NCBI GenBank assembly: GCA_025061115.1
Contig: JANZKC010000003.1
Location: forward strand, 160,001-224,000
Direction of reading: 5' to 3'
Length of the DNA: 64,000 nucleotides
From: Candidatus Culexmicrobium cathedralense
GTDB lineage: Archaea > Thermoproteota > Methanomethylicia > Culexarchaeales > Culexmicrobiaceae
Shown: positions 9,543 to 19,703 of the stretch, piece after piece
Layout: each line of letters opens with the position of its first letter
How positions within the stretch are numbered: the stretch's first letter is position 1
Position numbers and translations under genes: made by a program
Notes under the pieces: model-generated
The model's database searches: none
What the model was told of the DNA's origin: nothing
What the model saw: only the letters and a program-made list of their open reading frames with translations

Positions 9543-10300
9543 GCGAGTGGCGCCTCATATATCTAAATGAATTTGATGGGTACTGGAACATGGCTATAGA
9601 TGAAGCAATGCTGATAATGAAGTCTAAAGGTAAAATTCCAAATACCCTTAGACTTTATCGATTCACTCCATCCGCGGTTACCATTGGATTTTTCCAATCG
9701 CCAAAAGAGGAAGTGAACATTGAGTTTTGCAGGAAGAATGGCATTGAAATAGTAAGACGCATAACTGGTGGAGGAACGGTATATCATGATGAAAATGGCG
9801 AAATAACTTACTCAATAGTTGTAAGTGAAAAGGATGCGCCTAAAGATATACTTAGAAGCTATGAACTATTCTGCAGTGGCATAGTCAAGGCATTGGAAAG
9901 ACTGGGACTTAAAGCTGAATTTCATCCAATAAATGATGTCCTAGTCTCGGGGAAGAAGATTTCAGGGTCGGCGCAAACAAGAAGGCGGGGAGTTGTTTTG
10001 CAGCATGGAACTTTAATGTACAATACAGATATATCAACACTAGCAGTTACGCTTAAGGTAATACCTGAAAAGCTTAAAGATAAGGGCGTAACTAAGCTCG
10101 AAGAAAGAGTGACAACGATTTCAAAGGCATTGAGTAGGCATGTTAGTAGGGATGAAGTTGTGCAAGCCATGATCGAAGGCTTTGCAGAAGCACTTCAAGT
10201 CAAATTTCATCATGATGAGCTGACAAGTGAAGAATTAGAACTGGCAGAAAAGCTGATGAAAGAGAAGTATTCAAAAGATGAGTGGAACTTTATGGTGTGA
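9539..10300 (+). CDS. lplA: Lipoate/octanoate-protein ligase catalytic subunit
   Basis: NMAIDEA, RRITGGGTVYHD, NDVLVSGKKISGSAQ, LQHGTL. Confidence 0.93.
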   Translation: MSEWRLIYLNEFDGYWNMAIDEAMLIMKSKGKIPNTLRLYRFTPSAVTIGFFQSPKEEVNIEFCRKNGIEIVRRITGGGTVYHDENGEITYSIVVSEKDAPKDILRSYELFCSGIVKALERLGLKAEFHPINDVLVSGKKISGSAQTRRRGVVLQHGTLMYNTDISTLAVTLKVIPEKLKDKGVTKLEERVTTISKALSRHVSRDEVVQAMIEGFAEALQVKFHHDELTSEELELAEKLMKEKYSKDEWNFMV

Positions 10301-10303
10301 ATT

Positions 10304-11155
10304 ATGATTAAAGCCTATAAGCCGCTGCCAAAATTTCCATCGATTTCCATAACTGGATCGTGGTGTGCCTTAAACTGCAAGTATTGCCAGGGGAAAGTGC
10401 TTAAGGAAATGATTCACGTGAGCTCTCCAACGCAACTCTACGCGTTATGTAGGCAATTAAAGAAAAGGCATGGAATTGTAGGATGCCTAATAAGTGGAGG
10501 TTTCAATAAAAAGGGAAAGTTGCCGATAAAAGCCTATTTGCCGGCGATTAAGGAGATAAAGAAAACGCTTGATTTAATCGTAAGCGTTCATGCGGGACTG
10601 GTAGATGGAAATTATGCTAAGGAATTGAGAGAAGCAAAAGTGGATATCGTAGACTTAAACATACTTGATCCTCAAACAATGAGTGAAGTAATGAATATGG
10701 ATTCAAACTGGGAAGACATCGAAAAAACGCTTGATGCGCTTCAAAATTTTGGTCCCCCATATACTGCACCACACATACTAATTGGAGCTTACTATGGAAG
10801 AATAAAGAGTGAATACGACTTAATTTCAATTCTTAAAGACTACGATCCGTACGTGATTGTTATGCTAATATTGCTTAAAGTTAGGGGAACACCCTTTGAA
10901 TCAATAGAGCCTCCCAAAGCAGAAGAGATAATAAAAATTTTCGACTATGCGCGAAAACTCATTCCGAAAGCTGAATTAGCATTAGGGTGCATGCGCCCCA
11001 GAGGTAATTACAGTGAAAAACTAGAATTTGAGCTAATAAGTAAAAATCTAATTGACAGAATAGTTTTACCTTCAACATTTAAGCCTAAATACCTTCCATT
11101 TTGCTGTTCACTTCCAAAAGAACTTGAAGAAAAAATAGTTAAAGAGTTATTATGA
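10304..11155 (+). CDS. lipS1: Radical SAM lipoyl synthase component LipS1
   Basis: SITGSWCALNCKYC, GCLISGG, LGCMRP and C-terminal FCCS, matching the GC(M/A)R and CC signatures of LipS1. Confidence 0.85.
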   Translation: MIKAYKPLPKFPSISITGSWCALNCKYCQGKVLKEMIHVSSPTQLYALCRQLKKRHGIVGCLISGGFNKKGKLPIKAYLPAIKEIKKTLDLIVSVHAGLVDGNYAKELREAKVDIVDLNILDPQTMSEVMNMDSNWEDIEKTLDALQNFGPPYTAPHILIGAYYGRIKSEYDLISILKDYDPYVIVMLILLKVRGTPFESIEPPKAEEIIKIFDYARKLIPKAELALGCMRPRGNYSEKLEFELISKNLIDRIVLPSTFKPKYLPFCCSLPKELEEKIVKELL

Positions 11156-11194
11156 TTATTGATCATGATGTGTTGTTTCGTTATTTTGTTCTGT

Positions 11195-12340
11195 TTATTT
11201 AAATTTTAATTTCATATAGAATATTGGTAGGAATGCAATTAACAGTATGGATATGATTGTTAGGGTTGTTTCAAATGGCACATAAGATAGCATTATACCT
11301 GTTACTATTGGGCCTGATGCTTGTCCAATATCTTTTATCGTTTCCATCGCTCCTATTGCAGCTCCATGCTTCTCTTCACTAGCTAATTCGGATATTAGTG
11401 GTGGGGTTGAGGCTGTGGTGAACGCCACGCCTACTGCAAATACCCCTATAAATGTTATTAGAGTTAGATAGCTGTTGGAAAATGCGGTTCCCATTATTCC
11501 AGCAGATGAAATCAATATTCCAACGGTAATTGTCTTTACTCTGCCTATTCTATCTGAAAGTCTTCCTGCATATGGTTTTAGAATTGTTATAATTAATAAT
11601 TGTATGGTGAATGTTAATCCAATTAGCCAAGGATCTATTCCTAACTTTCCCATATAAATTGGGAGAAAGGTTTCGAGGCTTTGCATTGCGAAGTAAGTTA
11701 CAGCCATAATGCTACTTGCAGTAATTATGTTGCTGCTAAAGATTAATGGTGAAGCTTTACGCGCTTCTTTTCTACTGAAGTTCTTTTCAACTTCAAATGC
11801 AGGTAGGTTGAAGAGTGCAATGAATGCTGCTAAACCAGCTAATCCACATGTTAGGTAAGCTTCTTTAAAGCTTGCTAAGCTTAATAATGCTCCTGCAATG
11901 CTGGGTGCAAGAAGCCTTCCGATCATAGTGGTTGATGAAAATATCCCCATCATTTCACCGCGCCTGGACTTGTACATGTCTGCTATGGATGCCATTGCTA
12001 CTGGAGTAAATGTGGCCGTTGCAATTCCATGATAAGCTCGTATTAATGCTAGTTGCCAAGCATCAGTTACAACTAGGTAGAGAAATGGAGATGATGCGAA
12101 GAAAAATCCTGAAGCAATTAATAATTTCTTCCTGCCGTAAATGTCTGATAATGCTCCAGCGGTTATATTTACTATTATTCCAGTAATTGTTGATGCTGCT
12201 GCAATGAATCCCAGCTCGCCTTCACTTACGCCAAGTTTTTTTGCAAATAAAGGTAATGTTGGAGATTTGGACATTGTTGAGCTGAGAATTGCTAGCAGTC
12301 CTGCTATTGACATTATGATGAATGCCTTGGAGGTGCGCAA
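11195..12340 (-). CDS. MFS transporter
   Basis: About 12 TM helices; GALSDIYGRKK and GRLSDRIGR motif A. Confidence 0.9.
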   Translation of the reverse strand: MRTSKAFIIMSIAGLLAILSSTMSKSPTLPLFAKKLGVSEGELGFIAAASTITGIIVNITAGALSDIYGRKKLLIASGFFFASSPFLYLVVTDAWQLALIRAYHGIATATFTPVAMASIADMYKSRRGEMMGIFSSTTMIGRLLAPSIAGALLSLASFKEAYLTCGLAGLAAFIALFNLPAFEVEKNFSRKEARKASPLIFSSNIITASSIMAVTYFAMQSLETFLPIYMGKLGIDPWLIGLTFTIQLLIITILKPYAGRLSDRIGRVKTITVGILISSAGIMGTAFSNSYLTLITFIGVFAVGVAFTTASTPPLISELASEEKHGAAIGAMETIKDIGQASGPIVTGIMLSYVPFETTLTIISILLIAFLPIFYMKLKFK

Positions 12341-12356
12341 ATTGAGTACCTAGCTT

Positions 12357-12856
12357 TCAGCTTTTAATCAGCTTTTTGAGGAATCTCAATCTTTCCATTC
12401 TACTCATTTTCTTCAATTCTTCTTTATGCTTAATTTCTAAGTCTTTAAGTTTAAAATACGTGTACAGTGCCTCCCAAATATTCACACCCATTTCTAGTGT
12501 TTCATAATCATTCTCGGTCATGAATCGAAGCCCACTTAATAATGCTTTTATGCCTACAGCTTCAGGTGCTTTCTCTAATTCGCCTTCAATGTCAGCTGCA
12601 TGAACAACTTCAGCAACCTTATACACATATGGGTCAGCAATATTATATTTTTCAACTATGACCTCAAAAGTGCACTTACCGTCTTTATGCCCTAATTCTA
12701 CCCCCTTATGTCAAATGGAGTTCCGTGTTCAGGCTTTAATTTTTCTTCCGGCCAGTTAATGAAGTTAAATTCTGCTTGGGGGTCAATAAACTTCTTTATT
12801 AACCAAGCACTTGCTGTTCTATCAACATAGGGAAAACTTCTCGTAACCCACTTCAC
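12357..12856 (-). pseudogene. Chromate-resistance ChrB C-terminal-domain protein, frameshifted
   Basis: GTG 12856 gives MKWVTRSFPYVDRTASAWLIKKFIDPQAEF...TPFDI, then a stop; adding one G to the G5 run (12701-12705) restores GVELGHKDGKCTFEVIVEKY..., continuous with track ORF 12357..12626. Confidence 0.75.
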
Positions 12857-13262
12857 ATAAATCACAATTAAGATATTTAATTAGAACCTCACATAAATTT
12901 TTCCAATTTAATAATCCACATCTTCTTAAGAAACATATAAACTTAAACTTTAAAGTTAATTTAATAATAAAATGTGAAATTAATTTATTCACTTAATAAT
13001 ATTGAGAATATAAAGTATAGCTCAATTAATACAGAAAACAATTATCAGAATAACTTTAGCAAAATGATGAAGAATGCTAAAGTAAACTTCAAGTGAAATC
13101 GCATGCTTTCTAGATGAAAATCATATTGGTGGCATTAAGTTGTCTAATGCTTATAACGTTGAATTCCCGGTCAGATCTGAATTTCAATAATAATTATCAA
13201 ATAGGTGCTTAAGCATAAATCTGCTTAATTAAATTGAATAGTCATGAAGGTTGATTGCGGAA

Positions 13263-13987
13263 ATGAGTATGGATCTTGAAAGATTTACGAAGGAAGTTAA
13301 GGATTATGCTATAAAAATGGCGCTTGCCTAGTAGGTATAGTTTCTCCTATTGATATTGATTCTAGATCTAAAATTTGGGTGGGTTGGAAAATTCAAAGTT
13401 ATACCAAGAAAACTTTTGAAATTATGCTCAAAGCGAGGTCAGTAATTGTTTTAGGCTATCATGTTTGTGATGACATCTTTGAAGTGGCAGTTAAAAGTGA
13501 TGGTAAGTGGATTTATCCGGAATATTTTCCTTTGAAGTTCGTTGAATTAAAGGTTATTCACTATTTGAGGATGAAGGGTTTCAATGCAGTTTCAGTTAAT
13601 AACATATTCCTCAAAACTCTAGCAAAGTTAGATGGATTCGGAAATTTCGGGAAGAATTCGCTAATAATAAATCCAATTTATGGTCCATGGCTGAGGTTTG
13701 CTGCGATATTAACTGATGCAGCGTTGAAGCATGACAAACCTTTTGAAGATGATTTGTGCGGTGACTGTGAAGAGTGCATTAAGGCTTGTCCAGTTAACGT
13801 ATTAACTCCATATAAGGTTGATGATGAGAAAAGCCTCGTCGGAATTCACTTGAATGATAGTCAGAATGCAAATTATAGTTATATTGAATTGTTCAGGAAA
13901 TATGAGCCATCAATAACGAGAAATTCGCATTTAATGTGCATGGAATGCCAAAAGGCTTGTAAGTATGGAAGAGAATTGCATTTTTAA
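13263..13987 (+). pseudogene. QueG/reductive-dehalogenase-like Fe-S protein, frameshifted
   Basis: MSMDLERFTKEVKDYAIK, then a shift at the A5 run (13313-13317) to GACLVGIV; GFGNFGKNSLIINPIYGPWLRFAAILTD, CGDCEECIKACP, CMECQKAC; the expected KC is KS. Confidence 0.7.
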
Positions 13988-14207
13988 GCATGATAATCAG
14001 GGTTTAATAGATCAATAATTTATGTAGAAATCTTGAAAATGAATTCTTTTAAGAGCATGCGATGTTTGTGTCGTTATGTTGAAAGGATTTTGATGAACTT
14101 AGAGTCAGTCTTATACTCGAATAGGCGTGTTGGGGAAAGAATTAATTAGCGTTTTAGTTAGTATAATTCTAAATCGTAGATTCGGCGCAATGGTGAAGGT
14201 GTAATTG

Positions 14208-15575
14208 ATGTGGAGCATGCTGTACTTAGTGCGAAATGATCCTGATAAAATTAGGTGGTCTCAGCGTAGGCGTGGTCTTAATGAAAACATCGTTGATCAG
14301 GCAGTTAAGCTTGACTTGGAGTGGAGGAGGGCTTTAACTGAACTTAATGAGTTGAGGAGGAAGCATAACGTCGTGTCTAGGGAGGTTGCAAGGCTTACTG
14401 GTGAGGCGAGAGAGGCTAAGATTCGGGAGGCTAAGGAGCTTTTAAAGGAAATTGAGAAGAAGGAGAGGTACGTTAAGAACCTTGAGGAGGAGAGGAATAG
14501 GGTTCTCCTAAGCATTCCAAATATTGTTCATGAATCTGTTCCGGTTGGAAAAAATGAGGATGACAACGTTCCAATTAGATTTTATGGTAAACCTAAAGTT
14601 TGGAAGGGATATTTGAATAGATTTTTAGAGCAAATTAATGGGTTTAATGTGGATTATGAAGTTATTGATTGGAAGCCTATTGGACATGCAGACATGCTTA
14701 CTAAGCTTGGATTTGGCGACACTTTGAAAGCTGGCCGAGTGGCAGGCTCCCGATTCTACTATCTATTCGATGATCTCGTGTGGCTTGATATGGCTTTACT
14801 AATGTATGCAATAGATCACATGACAAAGCAGGGTTTCACATTAGTTCTTCCACCATACATGATGAGGAGAGAGCCTTACCGTGGAGTTACAACTTTAAGT
14901 GATTTTGAAGATGCAATTTACAAAGTTGAAGGTGAAGACTTATACTTGATAGCTACAAGCGAGCATCCAATAGCTGCCCTTCATATGAATGAAGTTATTA
15001 AGGCAGAGGATTTGCCACTGTTATATGCTGGAATTAGCCCGTGCTTTAGGAAGGAAGCGGGGGCTCATGGAAAAGATACCAAAGGAATATTTAGGGTTCA
15101 TCAATTTCATAAGGTTGAACAGTTCGTGTTCTGCCTTCCTGAAGATTCCTGGTATTGGATAGAGAAGCTAATTGCAAATGCAGAGGCCCTATGGTCTGGC
15201 CTAGACATTCCTTATAGAATTGTGAATATCTGCACTGGAGAGCTTAGTGCAGTTGTAGCTAAGCGTTATGATTTAGAAGCTTGGATGCCGGCTCAGGGCA
15301 GGTATCGTGAAATGGTTTCGTGTAGCAACTGCACCGACTGGCAAAGTTATAGGCTTAAAATTAGATTTCAGCGTAAAGTTGAGAAAGGCTTGGAGAAAGG
15401 TTATGTTCACACTTTAAACTCAACGGCAATAGCTTCTACTAGAGCTATTACTGCAATATTAGAGAATTATCAGGAGCCTGATGGCACGGTGATCATTCCT
15501 AAAGTGCTCAGACAATATCTTGAATTGTTCCCTAAAGCTCCAAAGGAATTTATAGTGGCTAGGCGCAAGGAATGA
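14208..15575 (+). CDS. serS: Seryl-tRNA synthetase
   Basis: N-terminal coiled coil, GSRFYYL, ATSEHP, CFRKEAGAHGKDTKGIFRVHQFHKVEQF, EMVSCSNCTDWQS, HTLNSTA. Confidence 0.97.
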   Translation: MWSMLYLVRNDPDKIRWSQRRRGLNENIVDQAVKLDLEWRRALTELNELRRKHNVVSREVARLTGEAREAKIREAKELLKEIEKKERYVKNLEEERNRVLLSIPNIVHESVPVGKNEDDNVPIRFYGKPKVWKGYLNRFLEQINGFNVDYEVIDWKPIGHADMLTKLGFGDTLKAGRVAGSRFYYLFDDLVWLDMALLMYAIDHMTKQGFTLVLPPYMMRREPYRGVTTLSDFEDAIYKVEGEDLYLIATSEHPIAALHMNEVIKAEDLPLLYAGISPCFRKEAGAHGKDTKGIFRVHQFHKVEQFVFCLPEDSWYWIEKLIANAEALWSGLDIPYRIVNICTGELSAVVAKRYDLEAWMPAQGRYREMVSCSNCTDWQSYRLKIRFQRKVEKGLEKGYVHTLNSTAIASTRAITAILENYQEPDGTVIIPKVLRQYLELFPKAPKEFIVARRKE

Positions 15576-15610
15576 TATTGTAGGCAAATTGTAATACTTA
15601 AAGTCCGGGG

Positions 15611-15675
15611 GGCTTAGGGTTCAGACTGGCCACGGTCATCATTTTTCAGGGATTTCATTCATCATCCCCTAAGCC
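15611..15675 (-). ncRNA. Box C/D 2'-O-methylation guide sRNA
   Basis: Minus strand: terminal stem GGCTTAGGG/CCCTAAGCC; C ATGATGA, guide ATGAAATCC, D' CTGA, C' ATGATGA, guide CCGTGGCCAGT, D CTGA; all four boxes perfect. Confidence 0.88.
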
Positions 15676-15676
15676 T

Positions 15677-17290
15677 CTATATTGGGACTAGCTGTTTTGC
15701 TCTTAGCTCTCCGGTTAGCTCTTCTATGACGATTTTCTCATAAGCATGTATTTTCACTGGAACTGCGAATTTAAATCCTGATGGCGGCGAAACTATTAGT
15801 GCTTCACCTTTATCGAGCGTCTTAATTTCTTGACCTGCATTTTCAAGGTATGGGCTATAATTAATTATTAGTTGGTAGTCAGGCTTGGTTGGGAGGGGCA
15901 GAATTACTTTAGTTAATTGCTGCCTAACTATTGGCTCATCAAGTTCCCCCGGCATTTGAGTAATACAACATATTCCTACTCTATACTTTCTACCCCGCTT
16001 GCTTATTCTTGAGAAAATATTTTCCCTTCTAGATCCATCGCTGTAAAGTGCTCTTTTAGAGAGATATCTGTGGGCTTCTTCAACCATAATTAACGTTGTT
16101 GGAAGCTGCTCCCACTTTTTAGGTGCAATTTTCCTCAACTTTTCATATAGATTAAATATTCGTCTTGCAAATAGAACGGTAATCAATTTTTCTTGTGCTT
16201 CAGATGAACTCGGCATATCTATTAAAACAACTTTTCCTTCCGAAATAGCTTGCAGGACTGCATTTATCAAGTTAGTTTCACATCTTTTCATTTTGAATAT
16301 CTCGTCATTACCTAAAATTCTCCTTAACTTCCTTTTCGTAACTAGTATTGTTACTTTTTGAGATTTACCTCTAAATTCGTTGTAAATGTAGTTTGCATCT
16401 TCGTATATTAGGTATTTTAGCCACTCCTCCTCATAAGCTTTCCAAGCCATCCATAGGAGCGCTTCTTGGGGAGGTGTAAATTCTCCTGTTTGCTCAAAAT
16501 CACTTGGCCTCAGATCTCCCCACCAAACTTCAAGTGGATGTGCTTGAATTTTCCTGGTAAATAGCTCTCCGCTTAATTTGAATTCATAGTACATTTTACA
16601 GGGAAACTTGACTTTAGGTGTAATATAGAATAAGCTTCTTTCAGCATATATGCTGTGAACTAATCCTAAGTGGTATGCATCGCCTCCGTCGAAGTACTCG
16701 CTTTCAGTGTCGATGACTAATAGGGAGTAAAGACCTCCACTTCTCATTACATTCCAAGCTAAAACTTTTCCAAAATTCGTCTTTCCTCCACCAGTTATTG
16801 AGCATACTAGAATGTGGTGAGGGAATGCTCTAGCTCCATTCAATGTCACTTTCCTAGTAGTTGCAGTATGACCGCTTCTTAGAAATCCAATTTCAATGTC
16901 ACCTGTATCCAATGAAAGCTGCTCAGTGTCTTCATCAGTTAGGTACTCTACATATGAGAATAGGGATGGCACTGCAGTTGGGCCTGAAACGCGGCCAATT
17001 TCATCTATTTGAGCAATTATGGTTGCAATTGCAATGTCATAGCACCTTAAAGGCCTATCTATTAACTCAACTTCCTCGCCTTTTTCCTTCTTAAATGATA
17101 TTCTAGCCACTTCAGCTGGAGAAAGTAGTGCTTCGGGTTTGAAGTCGAAAACCCTAGCTATGAATTTTAAGCCCTTATCAACCACCTTTAAAAGCTGACC
17201 TCTCTCAACTCTTTTCCCAGTATAAACTCTAAAGTGAATTAAGTTGCTTTCAGCCCAAACTACAACTCCAACCCTATCTACTTCTCCCAT
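15677..17290 (-). CDS. HerA-like helicase/ATPase
   Basis: N-terminal HAS-barrel-like region, HILVCSITGGGKT Walker A, DTESEY, IMVEEAH Walker B, RGRKYRVGICCITQMP. Confidence 0.85.
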   Translation of the reverse strand: MGEVDRVGVVVWAESNLIHFRVYTGKRVERGQLLKVVDKGLKFIARVFDFKPEALLSPAEVARISFKKEKGEEVELIDRPLRCYDIAIATIIAQIDEIGRVSGPTAVPSLFSYVEYLTDEDTEQLSLDTGDIEIGFLRSGHTATTRKVTLNGARAFPHHILVCSITGGGKTNFGKVLAWNVMRSGGLYSLLVIDTESEYFDGGDAYHLGLVHSIYAERSLFYITPKVKFPCKMYYEFKLSGELFTRKIQAHPLEVWWGDLRPSDFEQTGEFTPPQEALLWMAWKAYEEEWLKYLIYEDANYIYNEFRGKSQKVTILVTKRKLRRILGNDEIFKMKRCETNLINAVLQAISEGKVVLIDMPSSSEAQEKLITVLFARRIFNLYEKLRKIAPKKWEQLPTTLIMVEEAHRYLSKRALYSDGSRRENIFSRISKRGRKYRVGICCITQMPGELDEPIVRQQLTKVILPLPTKPDYQLIINYSPYLENAGQEIKTLDKGEALIVSPPSGFKFAVPVKIHAYEKIVIEELTGELRAKQLVPI

Positions 17291-18285
17291 AGCTTTTCCT
17301 CCTTAAAGCTCGTTGACTTCAAATTTGAAATGAAGCGTGCTCTCAAGCTTGGATTTAATGATTCGAGAAATGTGAGGCGAAGATAAGCTAGCTCTTGTCT
17401 TCCAATTTTAGCTTCTTCATGACAGCTTTTAAGAGGATAGGGATATCCGGGAGTTGCTGGATCTTGAAGGTAAGCTACTTCGCTCAGGTATTCTCCAATG
17501 ATGGTGCTATCAAGTACATCTCTTCTATTTATGTCCACTCTAAAAATGTGGTCGGTGTCATGTGAGAATTTTACAATGCTTATTGCACCCAAATACCATT
17601 TAGGATATTGCCTTAATCTGAAAATAGGATAATAATACCATCCTGAATCTGCGAAAAGTTCGCTGCTCTTATGTAATAAGAATCCCAGAAGACTCTCTCC
17701 AGTATTAACTTCCAATTTAGATGCTTTAGTTACTCCTATAAGCCTCACTCCTTGCATGTGAAAGTACTCACATAACCTATCCAAAATCCTCCTGGTATCC
17801 TCCTTATATGCTGGAATTGCAATTAAAGGCCTGTCTAGAATGCAGTAATCCCCTCTACTGAGCCTTGAAGCAGCAGAAATTGCTGACTCAACTTCAACTT
17901 TAAAAAGAAATTCCATTGCTTCAAGCCTACTCTTGACCAGCTTAGCTCTAATAATGGGCTCAACTTCATAAATCCTCTGCCTCCCCCTCCAAATTGAGCA
18001 TGAAACTTTAGCTAATGCAATCTGAAAAGTGCCGCAGTCAAATAGAATTTTAAGTGAAGCATCTACTGAAAGAACTTTTCGACTATGCTTCTTAACTTCA
18101 AGTCTATGGAAATTTTCTATTCTGATTGGAATACCTCTGATAACCTTCCCGCGATCCCTAATTACGGGATATGGATTTGTTATAAGCTCACCAGTTAAAG
18201 TCCACTGCGGAGATTCAACTTTACCGATAAACATTCTTTCTAACTCTCCAACAATGGTGCGGAAGTCTTCAATTAGCAGATTCAT
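17278..18285 (-). CDS. NurA-like nuclease
   Basis: SVDAS, ILDRPL, IGVTKAS, FRVD, GYPYPLKSCHE; overlaps the herA-like start. Confidence 0.78.
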   Translation of the reverse strand: MNLLIEDFRTIVGELERMFIGKVESPQWTLTGELITNPYPVIRDRGKVIRGIPIRIENFHRLEVKKHSRKVLSVDASLKILFDCGTFQIALAKVSCSIWRGRQRIYEVEPIIRAKLVKSRLEAMEFLFKVEVESAISAASRLSRGDYCILDRPLIAIPAYKEDTRRILDRLCEYFHMQGVRLIGVTKASKLEVNTGESLLGFLLHKSSELFADSGWYYYPIFRLRQYPKWYLGAISIVKFSHDTDHIFRVDINRRDVLDSTIIGEYLSEVAYLQDPATPGYPYPLKSCHEEAKIGRQELAYLRLTFLESLNPSLRARFISNLKSTSFKEEKLWEK

Positions 18286-18446
18286 GTTACTCGCCCGTGG
18301 CCAGTCGCATAAAAATTTTTTAGTAAAAAAGATATTTTAAGTTCACTTTAGAAACAATTTTAAAAAATTAAAATATTTCTAATATTACCTTTTCGCCTAA
18401 AACGTACGTTCACAGCTCAATCATACCATATTACATCGCATGAAAA

Positions 18447-18607
18447 CGGTATCAAAAATTTGTTACCGTACCGCTTTTTCACCTTGAACTCATTTTAGCT
18501 TGCTTGAAAAGAAGGCTTAAGCGGGAAGAGTAATTATTTGCGTACTGTAATTCATGGCATGATGACTATTATGAATTATTTGTTATGGTATCCATTTTAT
18601 GTTACTG
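18447..18607. promoter_or_regulatory. Two 22-bp imperfect palindromic operator-like sites
   Basis: CGGTATCAAAAATTTGTTACCG (18447-18468) and TGGTATCCATTTTATGTTACTG (18586-18607); consensus GGTATC-N8-GTTAC, between the divergent nurA and regulator genes. Confidence 0.5.
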
Positions 18608-18643
18608 TATCAAAAGCTATATAACTGGTACCAGCTCTAATTA

Positions 18644-19684
18644 TTGTTAGAGCAAATGGTGACTTCAATGGTAGTGCTAATGTGCTTCGTCGGTCACGAC
18701 TATCAGAGAATTATAGACGGTATAAATTATTGGAGAATGAGAGAACCAATTGAAGCAATATATCTTTTCTATGATAAGAAAAGAGATCCTTATGGCTATG
18801 CGTCCAAGAGGAATACCAGGGATTTGGAGAAGGCCCTAACATTCGCTGGATCCAAACCTAAGGTTATTGGAATTAATCCTCAAGATTATGAGGATGTTTT
18901 CACTTCACTTTATAAGGCTTTAAAGATTGAAGTTGTTGATAATGGAAGAAAGGTTTTAATCGATGCAACTTCAACAACGAAGGAAGCTTATGGAGCTGCA
19001 GTCACTGTAAGCTTAATGTTTCCTAAGGTGGGAATTTACATAGTTCCTCCAGCTGAGCGTGGATGGTATATTCCTGAACCTGGAACGCCTGAGTATGAAA
19101 ACTGGTTTAGCCGCGTTAGAATGAGAAGAGGAACTCAGCCTCAAGAAATATACTTGCCAGGCAATAGACTTGAACATCCAAGTTTTGAAGAAATGAAAAT
19201 TCTACTCGCGCTCATAGAGCATGGAGGTAAAGCTGACTCAATAAAGTCTATAATTAAGTGGTGTGGAGAGAATCCTAGAAGTCCTGCAGTGAAAAATAGG
19301 TTTAGCAGATTGATTGCAAAACTAGTTTCCAAGGGGTTAATTGCGGAGGAGCCATCGACCAGGACCAAAAGATTAAGGTTAACTGATTTTGGAAGAGTCT
19401 TTGCTAAGGCTTTAAGGCTTATAGCATCACGGCCTCAATCAGATATGGAAGCTTCAGCTGAATTTCAAGTCAATATTATTGCTCCGAAAGTTTTTCAGAC
19501 TCTTCAAGAACCCATAACCTCTAGGAGCGAACTAGAAAAAACTTCAACTTCGGATTTAGAATTAGTTGGAAATTTAATTTCATCATTCCATGCTGATTCT
19601 GAAGAAATTCCTCAAGAATTAAAATCGGAATTTGCATCTTTAATTGCTAAATTGGCTAAAGAATTTAAAGTTAGATTTGCTTAG
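18644..19684 (+). CDS. CARF-like Rossmann + winged-HTH regulator (Csa3/DUF6293-like)
   Basis: FVGHDYQRII, IYLFYD, LIDATSTTK (CARF-like NxSGG position), C-terminal wHTH SRLIAKLVSKGLI...RLTDFGR. Confidence 0.6.
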   Translation: MLEQMVTSMVVLMCFVGHDYQRIIDGINYWRMREPIEAIYLFYDKKRDPYGYASKRNTRDLEKALTFAGSKPKVIGINPQDYEDVFTSLYKALKIEVVDNGRKVLIDATSTTKEAYGAAVTVSLMFPKVGIYIVPPAERGWYIPEPGTPEYENWFSRVRMRRGTQPQEIYLPGNRLEHPSFEEMKILLALIEHGGKADSIKSIIKWCGENPRSPAVKNRFSRLIAKLVSKGLIAEEPSTRTKRLRLTDFGRVFAKALRLIASRPQSDMEASAEFQVNIIAPKVFQTLQEPITSRSELEKTSTSDLELVGNLISSFHADSEEIPQELKSEFASLIAKLAKEFKVRFA

Positions 19685-19703
19685 GTTAAAACAAGCTAAT
19701 AAT

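Noticed and set aside
18545-18580. ATGATGA C-box-like motif (similar ones near 13064 and 58475)
   Set aside because: No properly spaced D boxes or terminal stem
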